A stretch of DNA of 63,998 nt, the filler included, from Candidatus Babelota bacterium (lineage in GTDB: Bacteria > JAGOBX01), in NCBI GenBank assembly GCA_017999075.1. It is 7 parts of 7 records of this genome, joined end to end, with 100 filler letters (N's around TTAATTAATTAA, not from the genome) between each part and the next. Parts side by side here need not be neighbours in the genome. Positions count along the whole stretch, not along the records: positions 28,084 to 37,239 come from JAGOBX010000113.1; positions 37,340 to 46,420 come from JAGOBX010000114.1; 5 more parts are not named here. The stretch is one strand, 5' to 3'. The notes under the pieces are model-generated. The model had not been told where the DNA came from and ran no database searches. It saw only the letters and a list, made by a program, of their open reading frames with translations. The position numbers and the translations under genes are program-made. Shown in pieces: positions 31,047 through 40,965 of the stretch (position 1 is its first letter; every line of letters starts with the position of its first letter).

Positions 31047-31074
31047 ATTATACTACAATTTATTTTTCTGTCAA
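31047..31074 (-). promoter_or_regulatory. Sigma70-type promoter for the voltage-sensor/K+ channel operon
   Basis: Minus strand TTGACA-N16-TATAAT. Confidence 0.7.
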
Positions 31075-31088
31075 ACTTAATGATTTTA

Positions 31089-31129
31089 TTTTTTTGTGAT
31101 TTTTTTCAGTGAAAAAAATCACAAAAAAA
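31089..31129. promoter_or_regulatory. Perfect inverted repeat between divergent genes
   Basis: 20-bp arms T7GTGAT7CA-G-TGA7TCACA7. Confidence 0.55.
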
Positions 31130-31215
31130 ACACTTGTAATAATTTTGTTTATATAATATATTTTAATTATAGATATATAATTAAATTTTAAATAAAATTC
31201 AGGGGTGAGATAATT

Positions 31216-33756
31216 ATGGAAAAAGTTAAAAAAAATATATTAACTTTTGGAGTTATTGCTTTGCTTGCTATATGTTCTGCGCTGTTAATTACATGCGGAG
31301 ACAGTAATAATAGTTCTGCAAGTAACACTCTCCATGCTCCGGCTCTTAATTCAATTTCTGTAAACGACGGATATTCTAATAATAAACTTTCCTCTGTTGA
31401 TCCAGGTATGTATATAAATTTACAATATGCAACTGAATTTGATCCTTCTGTAGAAACAGGAGATACATTGACTCTCATTCAATCATCATTTCCTGACACA
31501 GGCTCCATCCCTTTATCATTTTATTTAATTGATGCTGCTGCTTATAAAAACGATACTCAAGCCGAACAAATAACAGGATTAGACACAAACTATTTTTCAG
31601 TATTACTTGGTTCAAGTTTTTATAATTATCAAGGCGGAGAAGTTGATTTAGTTATACCTGAAGACGTTCCAACAGGATATTACAGAATAGTATCATTCAT
31701 AGATCCGAATAACAATTACAATATAGTAAACAGCAACGGAGTAAAAACAAGTTATATGTCAGATTCATTTTTAGTTACCAATGCTGATTCAAGCTGGGTT
31801 GAAATTACAAGTTTTAATGCAACTTCCAAAGTAGCAGTTTATTCTGATTCAGACTGGTTAAGAAATGGCAAACCATATTTATATGATACTCAAGTTATAG
31901 CTCAAACAATATTGCTGGATAATACAAACGGAGATACTGATTATAATGCTAATGACTCTTCCACGTGGACATACGCTACTACATTTGACACAAAAATCAT
32001 AAACCGTTCCGGACATATTCAGGTTAATTTTGATTTAACCCTGAGAGGAAAAATTGCAAAGGTTACAGATACCACTTATGTTTCATTTTATCTCAGCACC
32101 TGGCAGGAAAAAGGCGCGGCAGCAGGAGTTGACAGCGCAACTTACTGGGCCAATTTAGGGCTGAATCAGGCTGCATTAAACTGGTTCAATAACAGTATGC
32201 CGGCAGATTATTATGTAACTCCGACAAACCTGTGGCAGGAACTTAAAGTTCTGTATAAAGGCGATTCAGTTACTCCTGACAGATTTGACTGGTATTTCCC
32301 TGTTGCTGCAGGATCAGACAGCAAATATATTTCAGATACAACAGTTGAACCTCCAGCAAACATTTTAGCAGATGATATTGATACCTGGCTTGTTGGAAGC
32401 ACAATTCATTATAAATATTATGATCGGGGAAGAGGCAGAACTCAAGTAAGAAATTCATTCACTCTTGACTTATGGATTCCTGACACTACTGCAAGGATGA
32501 TAGATTACATTGATTCATTATGCGGAAAATCCGTATGGAGACTTGTAATGTATGTCGAAAATAGGGAAGCTGGAATATTTGAAGACGATTGGAGCGTAAT
32601 AGAACAGTTCCGCGCAGAAGATTATGTCAGGTTCGTAAAAATCAGGCATGATGATTTATTCCCTGACGGAACCAGGGCGCCTAAATACGCAGGTTCAAAC
32701 TGGTGGAAGTTCAATAATTATAAAGCTGGCATTGACAGAAATGATTATACTGGATCAGGCGGCGGTTTCGGATGCAAATTTGCAAATTATGATGAAATAT
32801 ATGCTGCTGCAGGTTATGACGGAGGTTTTATTGAAGAAGACAATGTTCAATACATAGACGTTACAGTATTTGGTTTCAACATTCCTATTTTAGATGTGAA
32901 AAATGTGTATAAAGGCATAGCTTATGATATTCAAAAAAGTTACCGCCAATTTTATTACAAAGTAGGTTACTGGGTTTTATTTTCAAAATACGATGAACTC
33001 GGAACACAGGAAATAGTTGGTTTAAATGCTGATCCTTTTGTTGAATGGTCAAAAGAAATAGCTAAAAAAGAAAAAACATTTATGGTGGGTCCTGTTCCAG
33101 TAACTCCTGCAGTATCTGTAAGCGTAAATGTAGGAATTTCTCTTGCAAAAGGACTTATGAAAATGAATACTGCACGTTGGAGCGCAGGTTTGGGCGGAAT
33201 AAATGTAGTAGCTGACGCATGGGCTTTAGACGGATTATCTGTCCAGTCAGCAGGAAGCGATTTTGTAGCTATTGCAGGAAAAATGACTCCGTATATAGCT
33301 TTAGTCGCAGGAGCCGAACTTGCTGTTGGCGGCGGATGTTTAAAAGCTGGAGTTTACTGTAATCTTGAACTTCTAAGATATGATATGCCTATTTATTTAG
33401 GATCATACGCAGAAGCTGTTGTGAACGGCTCTATAGTTGATGGAGACAATACCCTTGAACTATGGCAGAATTCAAATAACCGTTATATAAAATCAGGTCA
33501 ATTTTTCAGAGTTGATTTAAAACAATCTACATTAAGCGGAGCTCTTGGATTATTCGCTGAAGTAGGAGTTCCTTATCCGAGATTTTGCTGGTCATGCTGG
33601 CGTGCATGGAAATGCGATATATGTGTTCCTTATCCTTGCGGTATAAATTGGGCTACTGCAAGATATGAACTTCCGATAGTAAGCTGGACAGGATTATGGA
33701 CAAATGCAGTTTTATTCAACCAGACATTCGGAAACAAAAGATATGCTTGTTTTTAA
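31216..33756 (+). CDS. Large lipoprotein with beta-rich C-terminal domain and Cys/Trp-rich tail
   Basis: Lipobox LLITC; Ig/CARDB-like IPEDVPTGYYRIVSFID; FMVGPVPVT amphipathic strands; strong RBS. Confidence 0.75.
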   Translation: MEKVKKNILTFGVIALLAICSALLITCGDSNNSSASNTLHAPALNSISVNDGYSNNKLSSVDPGMYINLQYATEFDPSVETGDTLTLIQSSFPDTGSIPLSFYLIDAAAYKNDTQAEQITGLDTNYFSVLLGSSFYNYQGGEVDLVIPEDVPTGYYRIVSFIDPNNNYNIVNSNGVKTSYMSDSFLVTNADSSWVEITSFNATSKVAVYSDSDWLRNGKPYLYDTQVIAQTILLDNTNGDTDYNANDSSTWTYATTFDTKIINRSGHIQVNFDLTLRGKIAKVTDTTYVSFYLSTWQEKGAAAGVDSATYWANLGLNQAALNWFNNSMPADYYVTPTNLWQELKVLYKGDSVTPDRFDWYFPVAAGSDSKYISDTTVEPPANILADDIDTWLVGSTIHYKYYDRGRGRTQVRNSFTLDLWIPDTTARMIDYIDSLCGKSVWRLVMYVENREAGIFEDDWSVIEQFRAEDYVRFVKIRHDDLFPDGTRAPKYAGSNWWKFNNYKAGIDRNDYTGSGGGFGCKFANYDEIYAAAGYDGGFIEEDNVQYIDVTVFGFNIPILDVKNVYKGIAYDIQKSYRQFYYKVGYWVLFSKYDELGTQEIVGLNADPFVEWSKEIAKKEKTFMVGPVPVTPAVSVSVNVGISLAKGLMKMNTARWSAGLGGINVVADAWALDGLSVQSAGSDFVAIAGKMTPYIALVAGAELAVGGGCLKAGVYCNLELLRYDMPIYLGSYAEAVVNGSIVDGDNTLELWQNSNNRYIKSGQFFRVDLKQSTLSGALGLFAEVGVPYPRFCWSCWRAWKCDICVPYPCGINWATARYELPIVSWTGLWTNAVLFNQTFGNKRYACF

Positions 33757-33918
33757 CGGTTTAATTTAATAAGAATAGGATCTGACTAATAAGTTGTTTT
33801 TTGAAATAGGGGCACAATTAAGTTGAAAAAGTAATAAACTCCTGGTTTGAGGTGCTTTTTCAACTTATTAGTCGCCGCTATTTTATTAATTGATTTTGTT
33901 AAATATTCATAATATTAT

Positions 33919-33960
33919 AAAACTCGAAAATGTTAAAAATCAGGCATTTTCGAGTTTTTT
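33919..33960 (+). terminator. Probable intrinsic terminator
   Basis: AAAACTCGAAAATG / CATTTTCGAGTTTT stem followed by a T-run. Confidence 0.6.
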
Positions 33961-33999
33961 TATTTATGATTTTAAATTTACAGTTTACAGGAATATTTT

Positions 34000-35952
34000 A
34001 TGAACAACTCAAAAAAAATAATTTTATATATTTTATTTTTTGCAGCAGTATTTACATTAAGTTATATTTATTTTTCAAACAAAAAAAATATTTCAGGAAT
34101 ATGGAATATAGGCGATAAAATGCGTTTTGAATTAGATATGGTTACAAAAACATTCATATCCTCAGGCGCTGTAGGTTTAAATTCTCTTGAAAACAGATCT
34201 TTAACTAATATTAAATCAAATATTCTTATAAAAATAATAGAAATCGGAGATACTGAAGTATATGCAAAAGGTATGATTGAAAATTTTCGGCAGGAAACAA
34301 ACGGGCAAAAAATTGATATTGAATTTTATAATCTTCCTTTTCTTATCAAATTTCACAAAAACGGACAAATAATAAAAATCACACATTCTAAATTATTGAA
34401 TTATGACAAAAAGTTTTTGATTGAAGCTTTAATATACAATTTACAATTCACGTATTATCCTCAAAAAAAATCATGGGGAGCTATTGAAAAAACAATTACT
34501 GATTCTTATAAAACAGAATATTTTTTTGATGAAAAACAGAATATTCTAACCCGGAATATTTTAAGTTACTCGCAATCAGATAATGAACAACTTATTCCAG
34601 GATCAATTCCGAGAATAAATAAAGGAATAGGAAAAATTGTTCTGCCTAAAAAAAAATCATGGTTTGAATCAATAGAGTTCGAAATAAATCTTGACTTGTA
34701 CAAAGATAAATCAAAAGTGTTCGAAAGTGAAACAAAATTTACTGCAAAATATTCGTCTGCCCCGTCAAAACATAGTTTTTGGGATTCTACAGACGATAAA
34801 AATAAAATTTTTGAATCTCTTGAAAACCCATTTAAAAAAACTGAATTATCAGAAGACGAAAAAAAAGTCGAAGAAATTCTCGATAAAGAACAATATATAA
34901 ATCCTAAAGTTGTGGATGATGCTCTGGAGCAGGTAAAAAAACAAAACATAAAGTTTGAAGTATTGATGGAAGCATATATATCTAAATATTTCGGCGGATC
35001 AAATAATACTCAGGAATTAAAAGAACTTTTTGATATACTTGTTGGTTATCTGAAAAAAAATCCCGATGAATGTTCAAAAATTATTGAGCTGATCAGAATG
35101 AACAAACTTCCTGAAAAAGGAAGCGGATTTTTGTTTCTGCTTCTTGAAAAAACAGCTCACTTGAAAGCTCAGGAATCATTGATTTCAATACTTGAACGAT
35201 CATCTGAATTTTCAAGATTATCATTAGTAAGAGCATCCGGAGCTCTAATGGGAATCCCTCATATTAATTCTTCATTATTTGACAAATTGATTTTTTTAGA
35301 ACAATCAGGATCAATCGCAGAAGTGGACGGCAGAAATTCTGCTCTTCTTACAATAGGTTCTTTAGGAAACATTTCCGTAAACCCAAATATAAAAACAAAA
35401 TCGGAAAATCATCTGCGCGCCAAACTTCTTGGAGTTCAAAATGTAAATGAAATTTCTAATGCGGTAATACTTGACGCAGCATCAAATACAGGCAATCCAA
35501 ATCTTATTCCTGAACTGGAAAAATTTATTTTCACCTCAAAACATGAAATAGTAAAAAATCATGCTGTTACAGCTCTTATGCATATGCCGGAAAAAGATGC
35601 AAATCCTGTTATAATTAAAATATTAAAATCAAACGATATGTCTAACATAGGCAGCGCAGTAAAAGTTTTAAACAAAAGAGAAAACTTTAACCGTTCAAAA
35701 AAAATCGATCCGGAAATAAATAAAATATTGCTTGATAAATTTCCTTATACGCAAAATTCTATTGAGCTGAGGAAAGAAATGGCAGAATATTTGTCTATCA
35801 GTGAAACAAATCATCCTCTTTTATTAAAAACTGCTGACAACAAAAAAGAAAATTGGGAAATAAGAAAAATAATTTATGAAAAAATACCTGTAGGAAAAGA
35901 ACGGGTTATTGAAAGAGTAAAACCAGGCAGCGGTTTAAAAAGAAAACGATAA
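34000..35952 (+). CDS. Membrane-anchored HEAT-repeat protein with vitellogenin-N/MTP-like organisation
   Basis: N-terminal TM, beta-rich first half, then KAQESLISIL, ALLTIGSL, LDAASNTGNP helical repeats. Confidence 0.6.
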   Translation: MNNSKKIILYILFFAAVFTLSYIYFSNKKNISGIWNIGDKMRFELDMVTKTFISSGAVGLNSLENRSLTNIKSNILIKIIEIGDTEVYAKGMIENFRQETNGQKIDIEFYNLPFLIKFHKNGQIIKITHSKLLNYDKKFLIEALIYNLQFTYYPQKKSWGAIEKTITDSYKTEYFFDEKQNILTRNILSYSQSDNEQLIPGSIPRINKGIGKIVLPKKKSWFESIEFEINLDLYKDKSKVFESETKFTAKYSSAPSKHSFWDSTDDKNKIFESLENPFKKTELSEDEKKVEEILDKEQYINPKVVDDALEQVKKQNIKFEVLMEAYISKYFGGSNNTQELKELFDILVGYLKKNPDECSKIIELIRMNKLPEKGSGFLFLLLEKTAHLKAQESLISILERSSEFSRLSLVRASGALMGIPHINSSLFDKLIFLEQSGSIAEVDGRNSALLTIGSLGNISVNPNIKTKSENHLRAKLLGVQNVNEISNAVILDAASNTGNPNLIPELEKFIFTSKHEIVKNHAVTALMHMPEKDANPVIIKILKSNDMSNIGSAVKVLNKRENFNRSKKIDPEINKILLDKFPYTQNSIELRKEMAEYLSISETNHPLLLKTADNKKENWEIRKIIYEKIPVGKERVIERVKPGSGLKRKR

Positions 35953-35960
35953 TATAATTT

Positions 35961-37115
35961 ATGATTGCTGAAAAATCAGATAAAGGCGATATCCCTGAAA
36001 TAAAAAATCAACCAGATTTATACGGAAATTATATCGAAAATCTTTGTGGCAATACAAATGAATTTAATCTTTCAAAAGTATTTCATTTCATACTTGTTAT
36101 TTTTTTCTATATATTTTCAAGGCATCTTCTTCAATTACTTTTTAACGGTTTTTCAAGTGAGACAATCAACTTTTTATTTTCTTTCAATTTAAACCACAAT
36201 ATATTCCTTATAATATTAAATTTCCTTATTGCAGAAATATTATTATTAAAAATATTTATCAACAAAACATATTATATTATTTCAAAATTTTCATTATTAA
36301 GTATAAGTCTGATTTTTTTACAACCAATATTTTTTAATTTTTTTAAAATTTTTCCGCAAATCAATTACTTTTCTGATATTAAATTCATAAATTATAATTC
36401 GTGCATACTTATATTGTTTGTCATTTACATATATTTTTTTAAAATTAATAAAACCCAAAGCTTTAATAAAAAAAAAATTATGTTTTTCATTAATTATTCA
36501 ATAATTTTAATAATAGGAATTCTTATAGGAATCCATATCCCTAAAAGTTTCGACAAATTTCCAAACATTTTAATTGTCAACTCTGAATTTATATTCAATT
36601 TTATTTTTGCAATAAGCGCTGTTTTTTTTTATACGGTGTTTTCAGAGGAAACAACAAAAAAATTTTATTCAGGAAACTTTAATGTTTTTTATTCAGATTT
36701 CAGAATTTATATTTTAATTTTAATGTCATATTGTTCATTTTTGATAAACTTCCAATTTTTTTTATGCATTTCAGCAATGCAGGGAATAATTATAATTTCA
36801 TATTTTCCGCCTTTCTTCCTTATAAATATAAATTTTTTCAAACAATTATTTTCAATATTAAAAATTCTTTTTTTATTAATTCTCGGTTTTTCAATTTCAA
36901 ATTTTCATATAATGCTTTTCCCTGAAAAAATAATTCTAATAATTTCTATTTCAGGAGTAGTATTAGCTGCGCTAAGTGAAATTTCAAAAAGTCAAAATAC
37001 AAATTTGAATAAAAAAACATCATCATTTTTTATACAATTTTTATTTATGACAATTTTATCAGGGTTATTATTTTACGTTTTCAAATATTATAATCTTAAA
37101 ATCTTATTTATTTAA
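35961..37115 (+). CDS. Hypothetical polytopic membrane protein
   Basis: 384-aa ORF with many hydrophobic segments, directly after the previous gene. Confidence 0.55.
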   Translation: MIAEKSDKGDIPEIKNQPDLYGNYIENLCGNTNEFNLSKVFHFILVIFFYIFSRHLLQLLFNGFSSETINFLFSFNLNHNIFLIILNFLIAEILLLKIFINKTYYIISKFSLLSISLIFLQPIFFNFFKIFPQINYFSDIKFINYNSCILILFVIYIYFFKINKTQSFNKKKIMFFINYSIILIIGILIGIHIPKSFDKFPNILIVNSEFIFNFIFAISAVFFYTVFSEETTKKFYSGNFNVFYSDFRIYILILMSYCSFLINFQFFLCISAMQGIIIISYFPPFFLININFFKQLFSILKILFLLILGFSISNFHIMLFPEKIILIISISGVVLAALSEISKSQNTNLNKKTSSFFIQFLFMTILSGLLFYVFKYYNLKILFI

Positions 37116-37239
37116 AATATGGAATTAAATATAAAAAAAAATCTGATAAAAATTTTTGAATTTCTTGAAAAAGAAAATTATCCGGTTTTATATTCGGTCA
37201 TAACTTTTATTTTCGCTATAATTTTAAGAAATATTATAG

Positions 37240-37339
37240 NNNNNNNNNNNNNNNNNNNNNNNNNNNNNNNNNNNNNNNNNNNNTTAATTAATTAANNNNN
37301 NNNNNNNNNNNNNNNNNNNNNNNNNNNNNNNNNNNNNNN
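37240..37339. other. Artificial contig linker
   Basis: N44-TTAATTAATTAA-N44. Confidence 0.99.
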
Positions 37340-39949
37340 GAATATAAAGAAGACGGTAATATTTATTTCTATAATGAGAAGGGTAAAGTTATTAAAACAC
37401 TTGAAAAGGGTTTTAAAAAAGGCGTGTTATATGTTCAGGACGGCGGTCAGGTAATTTTTACGAATAATAGCGAAGCGGAAATTTTATGGAATACCGATAT
37501 GCAAAAGATGGAAGATACTAAACGAAGAATTTTCGGACCGCGCGGAATGGGACTTTATTTAGAAGCAGGCGATGCAATGTATCCTGGCGATGAATTGCCA
37601 AGCGTATGGGGCGATGTAGGCGATGCATTAGATAAAGGCAAACCGATTAACAAAGGCAAGAGCCGTTTGCATTTCCAGATGGACGGAAACTTGGTAATGA
37701 AATCATATTATGACGAAGCCAAACAACGAGATGCAGATGGTAATTCGGCTGTAAGTTCAACTGAAATTTCGTATTGGGAAACCAAAACAGCAGGCAGAGG
37801 CGCTAAAGTAGTAATTATGAAAAACGGTAATCTTGTGGTTGTTGATAAGAATAATACTATTATCTGGCAGGCAAATACATCCGGCTATCCACACGCATTG
37901 TTCACAATCACTGACAAGGGTTCAATATTAATGCGTGATTTTCTAGGAAATATGCTTGCATCAGGAAAATATCCTACAATTGTTGTGGATAAAAATCAAC
38001 CTGCAGAAAAACCTTCGGATTTAGAAAAAGCAATTGATACTGCGAAACAAATAAAAGAAGCGGCTATGCTGATTAAAGAATCTTGGAAAAGTCCGGAAGG
38101 AACTGCAAAAGCCATTGTTGCAATATATGGTCAGAAAAATAATGCACTGCCGCCTGCTCCTGAATTTAAAGTTGTAACAAGAGATGTATCGGAAGAATTA
38201 CTGCCGTTAAAGGAAACAACTCCTCGTCAGGGCGATTATTATAAATTAACGCCAAAACAGGAAAAAGCTAAACAGGCGGCAATTGATGCGGTTAATGCGA
38301 TATCTTCGCTTGAGCCAATGCTTATTATGACTTCGGATAAAGAAAAAATAGCAAACGCTAAAAAACTTGTTGACGCTGCAATAGCCGAAGGAGTAAAAGA
38401 ATCTGAAATTTCTTATTCGATTAAGGCAATACTTGATTCGCTTGAAAAAGCGGTTGTTCAACTTGAAACTTACCTCGAAGAAGAATCAAAGAAAACGCCG
38501 CTTCCGGCTGAATTGAAAACTGATAAGAAATATTATTTAAAAACTAAACACAGCAATATGTATTTGCGCGTGAGTGATAAAAATGTAGTTCAATCGTATT
38601 TTCCGGATAACGGCACACCAGGTAATGAATATAAATTTGTTCTTGAAAGCGACGGTAACGGATATTTCTGGTTGAGAAACGCTCATGAAAACGCGTATAT
38701 AGGTGTTTTAAATATAAGCAGTAAATCTGCTGGCGCAGAAATGAATTTGTGGAATAAAGAAGATTCTGATAATTATAAATGGAGCGTTATTTCTGCAGGG
38801 AACGGATATTATAAATTGAAAATGAAACACAGTAATTTGTTTATGAATGTATCAGGAGGAAATTCAAAAGACGGATCAAAAGTTGTGCAGTGGTCTGCGG
38901 ACGGTTCAGGTAATAACGAGCAGTTTATGTTTGAAGATGCGGAAGTATCGAAGACAACAACCGCTCCGGTTCCAACTCCAACCCCTTTACCAACATCTGC
39001 GCCTGCACCAAAACCGACTGCTTCAGCAGCAAGTTCGGCAACGCCTGTAAATCTTGCGCTCGGCAAAACAGCGACTTCGAGTTCGAACGAAAATTCTGTT
39101 AATACAGCGGACAAAGCGTTTGATGGAAATACAGGCACGCGCTGGGCGTCAATCGGCGGCAGAGATCCGCAATGGTTAATGGTTGATTTGGGTGCAGAAG
39201 CTGTTATAAGTAAAGTGTCGTTGTCGTGGGAAGCGGCAGCCGGAAAAAATTATCAAATTCAGGTATCTAATGACGGAAATAATTGGACTGATGTTGCGTC
39301 TGTAAATGACGGAACAAGCAATCATAAACGCGAATTGACCATCAATAACGCGAAAGGCAGATATGTCCGTATGTATGGAACACAGCGCGCAAATAGCTGG
39401 TATGGCTATTCAATCTGGGAATTTGAAATTTGGGGAGTTTTTACTGGGGTTGCTCAAGAATCATCCAAATCCTCACCTCAAACACCTGCGCAAACATCGG
39501 CTGATGAAGGTAAACCTGTAAATGGAAATTATTATAAAATTCAGGCGAAACACAGTGGACTACTAATTAGTGTGGATAATTCAGCAACAAATAACGGAGC
39601 GAATGTTTCGCAGCAGCCGGACAATAATCTGAATTCACAAATCTGGAAACTCGAAGATATGGGCAGCGGCTATTTTAAAATTGTTAATAAAAACAGCGGC
39701 AAATGTCTTGATGTTGCCGGCGGTTCAAGAAACGATGGCGGTAATATTCATCAATGGGATTATGCAAACGGCGATAATCAGGTATGGAAATTTGAAGAAG
39801 CCGGCGCTGGTTATTATAAAATAATCCCTAAGCATATAAATAAAACAGTAGATGTTTCTGGTGGCAGTAAAAACATAGGCGCCAATATTCAGCAGTGGTC
39901 GCATAATACAGGCGATGGTCAGAAATGGAAACTGATAGAGGTGAAATAA
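37340..39949 (+). CDS. Multi-lectin protein (5' cut): bulb-type lectin, helical spacer, ricin-B, PT linker, F5/8C (CBM32), ricin-B
   Basis: FQMDGNLV and GNLVVVD..IWQ; QxW repeats; NLALGK..AFDGNTGTRW..YSIWEFEI; frame open from contig start. Confidence 0.85.
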   Translation, partial: EYKEDGNIYFYNEKGKVIKTLEKGFKKGVLYVQDGGQVIFTNNSEAEILWNTDMQKMEDTKRRIFGPRGMGLYLEAGDAMYPGDELPSVWGDVGDALDKGKPINKGKSRLHFQMDGNLVMKSYYDEAKQRDADGNSAVSSTEISYWETKTAGRGAKVVIMKNGNLVVVDKNNTIIWQANTSGYPHALFTITDKGSILMRDFLGNMLASGKYPTIVVDKNQPAEKPSDLEKAIDTAKQIKEAAMLIKESWKSPEGTAKAIVAIYGQKNNALPPAPEFKVVTRDVSEELLPLKETTPRQGDYYKLTPKQEKAKQAAIDAVNAISSLEPMLIMTSDKEKIANAKKLVDAAIAEGVKESEISYSIKAILDSLEKAVVQLETYLEEESKKTPLPAELKTDKKYYLKTKHSNMYLRVSDKNVVQSYFPDNGTPGNEYKFVLESDGNGYFWLRNAHENAYIGVLNISSKSAGAEMNLWNKEDSDNYKWSVISAGNGYYKLKMKHSNLFMNVSGGNSKDGSKVVQWSADGSGNNEQFMFEDAEVSKTTTAPVPTPTPLPTSAPAPKPTASAASSATPVNLALGKTATSSSNENSVNTADKAFDGNTGTRWASIGGRDPQWLMVDLGAEAVISKVSLSWEAAAGKNYQIQVSNDGNNWTDVASVNDGTSNHKRELTINNAKGRYVRMYGTQRANSWYGYSIWEFEIWGVFTGVAQESSKSSPQTPAQTSADEGKPVNGNYYKIQAKHSGLLISVDNSATNNGANVSQQPDNNLNSQIWKLEDMGSGYFKIVNKNSGKCLDVAGGSRNDGGNIHQWDYANGDNQVWKFEEAGAGYYKIIPKHINKTVDVSGGSKNIGANIQQWSHNTGDGQKWKLIEVK

Positions 39950-40239
39950 AATTAAAAAAGCGACGGTTCTAATTTAATTGATAATTAACAATTGACAATT
40001 GACAATTATTGAAATTATAGATTGCAGATTGAAAAAGTCGAAAAAGCGTCGGTCGGAAAAAGTGTCGTATAGTCAAAAGTCAGCATTGAAAAAGGGGATG
40101 AAAAAAGGGGACATACGTGCACAAATAAAAACAATTATAGAGATTACAGATTGAGAATTTAAAAGGCACTAACGCAGAAAGCACAGAGTTTCAGATTATT
40201 GAATTTAAATTTTTAAAATTTTTTCGAGGATTTATTACA

Positions 40240-40869
40240 ATGAAAAAAATAAGTATAATCGGATTAATTATGATTTTTTTGAGTGTTGCGGTTTTTGCTG
40301 AAAACGCTGCTACGAAATCAAAACGCGGAGTTAGAAATACAGGAACTGGCGGTAATACGGTTGTTGCGCCGGGAGCTGAGAAATATACTGTTTATGATTA
40401 TATGTCTTTAGATACAAAAATAAAAGTAAAAGAAAAAGAATTGGAAGATTTAAGAAAAGCAGCTATCAATAATCCAAGGGTTAAAATGCAACTTCCTGCG
40501 CGTGAAAAAGAATTAGAAAAAGAAATAAAAGAATTAAAAGCTGAAAAGGAAGCAAGAGATAAAGCTAATGCAGGGAATACGCGCGCAAGCCGCCTTGAAC
40601 AGAGAAAACCTGTTGTAGAAGAAAGTAAAAAAATTGAAAATAGCAAATCATTAGAAGAAATCAGAAATGAAATAAATGAACTTGAAAAATTATCTGCTGA
40701 TTTTTCTAAAAAAAAGAGTGAAAAGGAACAAAAGGTCTCTGAGTTAACAAAAGAAATTTCTATTTTAACAAAAGAAATTTCTGATTTAAATAGTGAAATT
40801 TCAAATGTTAAAAATAAAATTACAGATGCTAAAAAACAGGAAAAAGAAGCCGAAACTTTGAAAAAATGA
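40240..40869 (+). CDS. Secreted coiled-coil protein
   Basis: Signal peptide ending AVFA; heptad-rich body. Confidence 0.75.
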   Translation: MKKISIIGLIMIFLSVAVFAENAATKSKRGVRNTGTGGNTVVAPGAEKYTVYDYMSLDTKIKVKEKELEDLRKAAINNPRVKMQLPAREKELEKEIKELKAEKEARDKANAGNTRASRLEQRKPVVEESKKIENSKSLEEIRNEINELEKLSADFSKKKSEKEQKVSELTKEISILTKEISDLNSEISNVKNKITDAKKQEKEAETLKK

Positions 40870-40965
40870 TAATAATCTGAAAAGTTGAAGAAAGAAAAGT
40901 AAATGGATTAGTAAAGAAAATATCCGGTTCCTAATATAAAAATAATTTTTTTGGAGGAAAATTAA

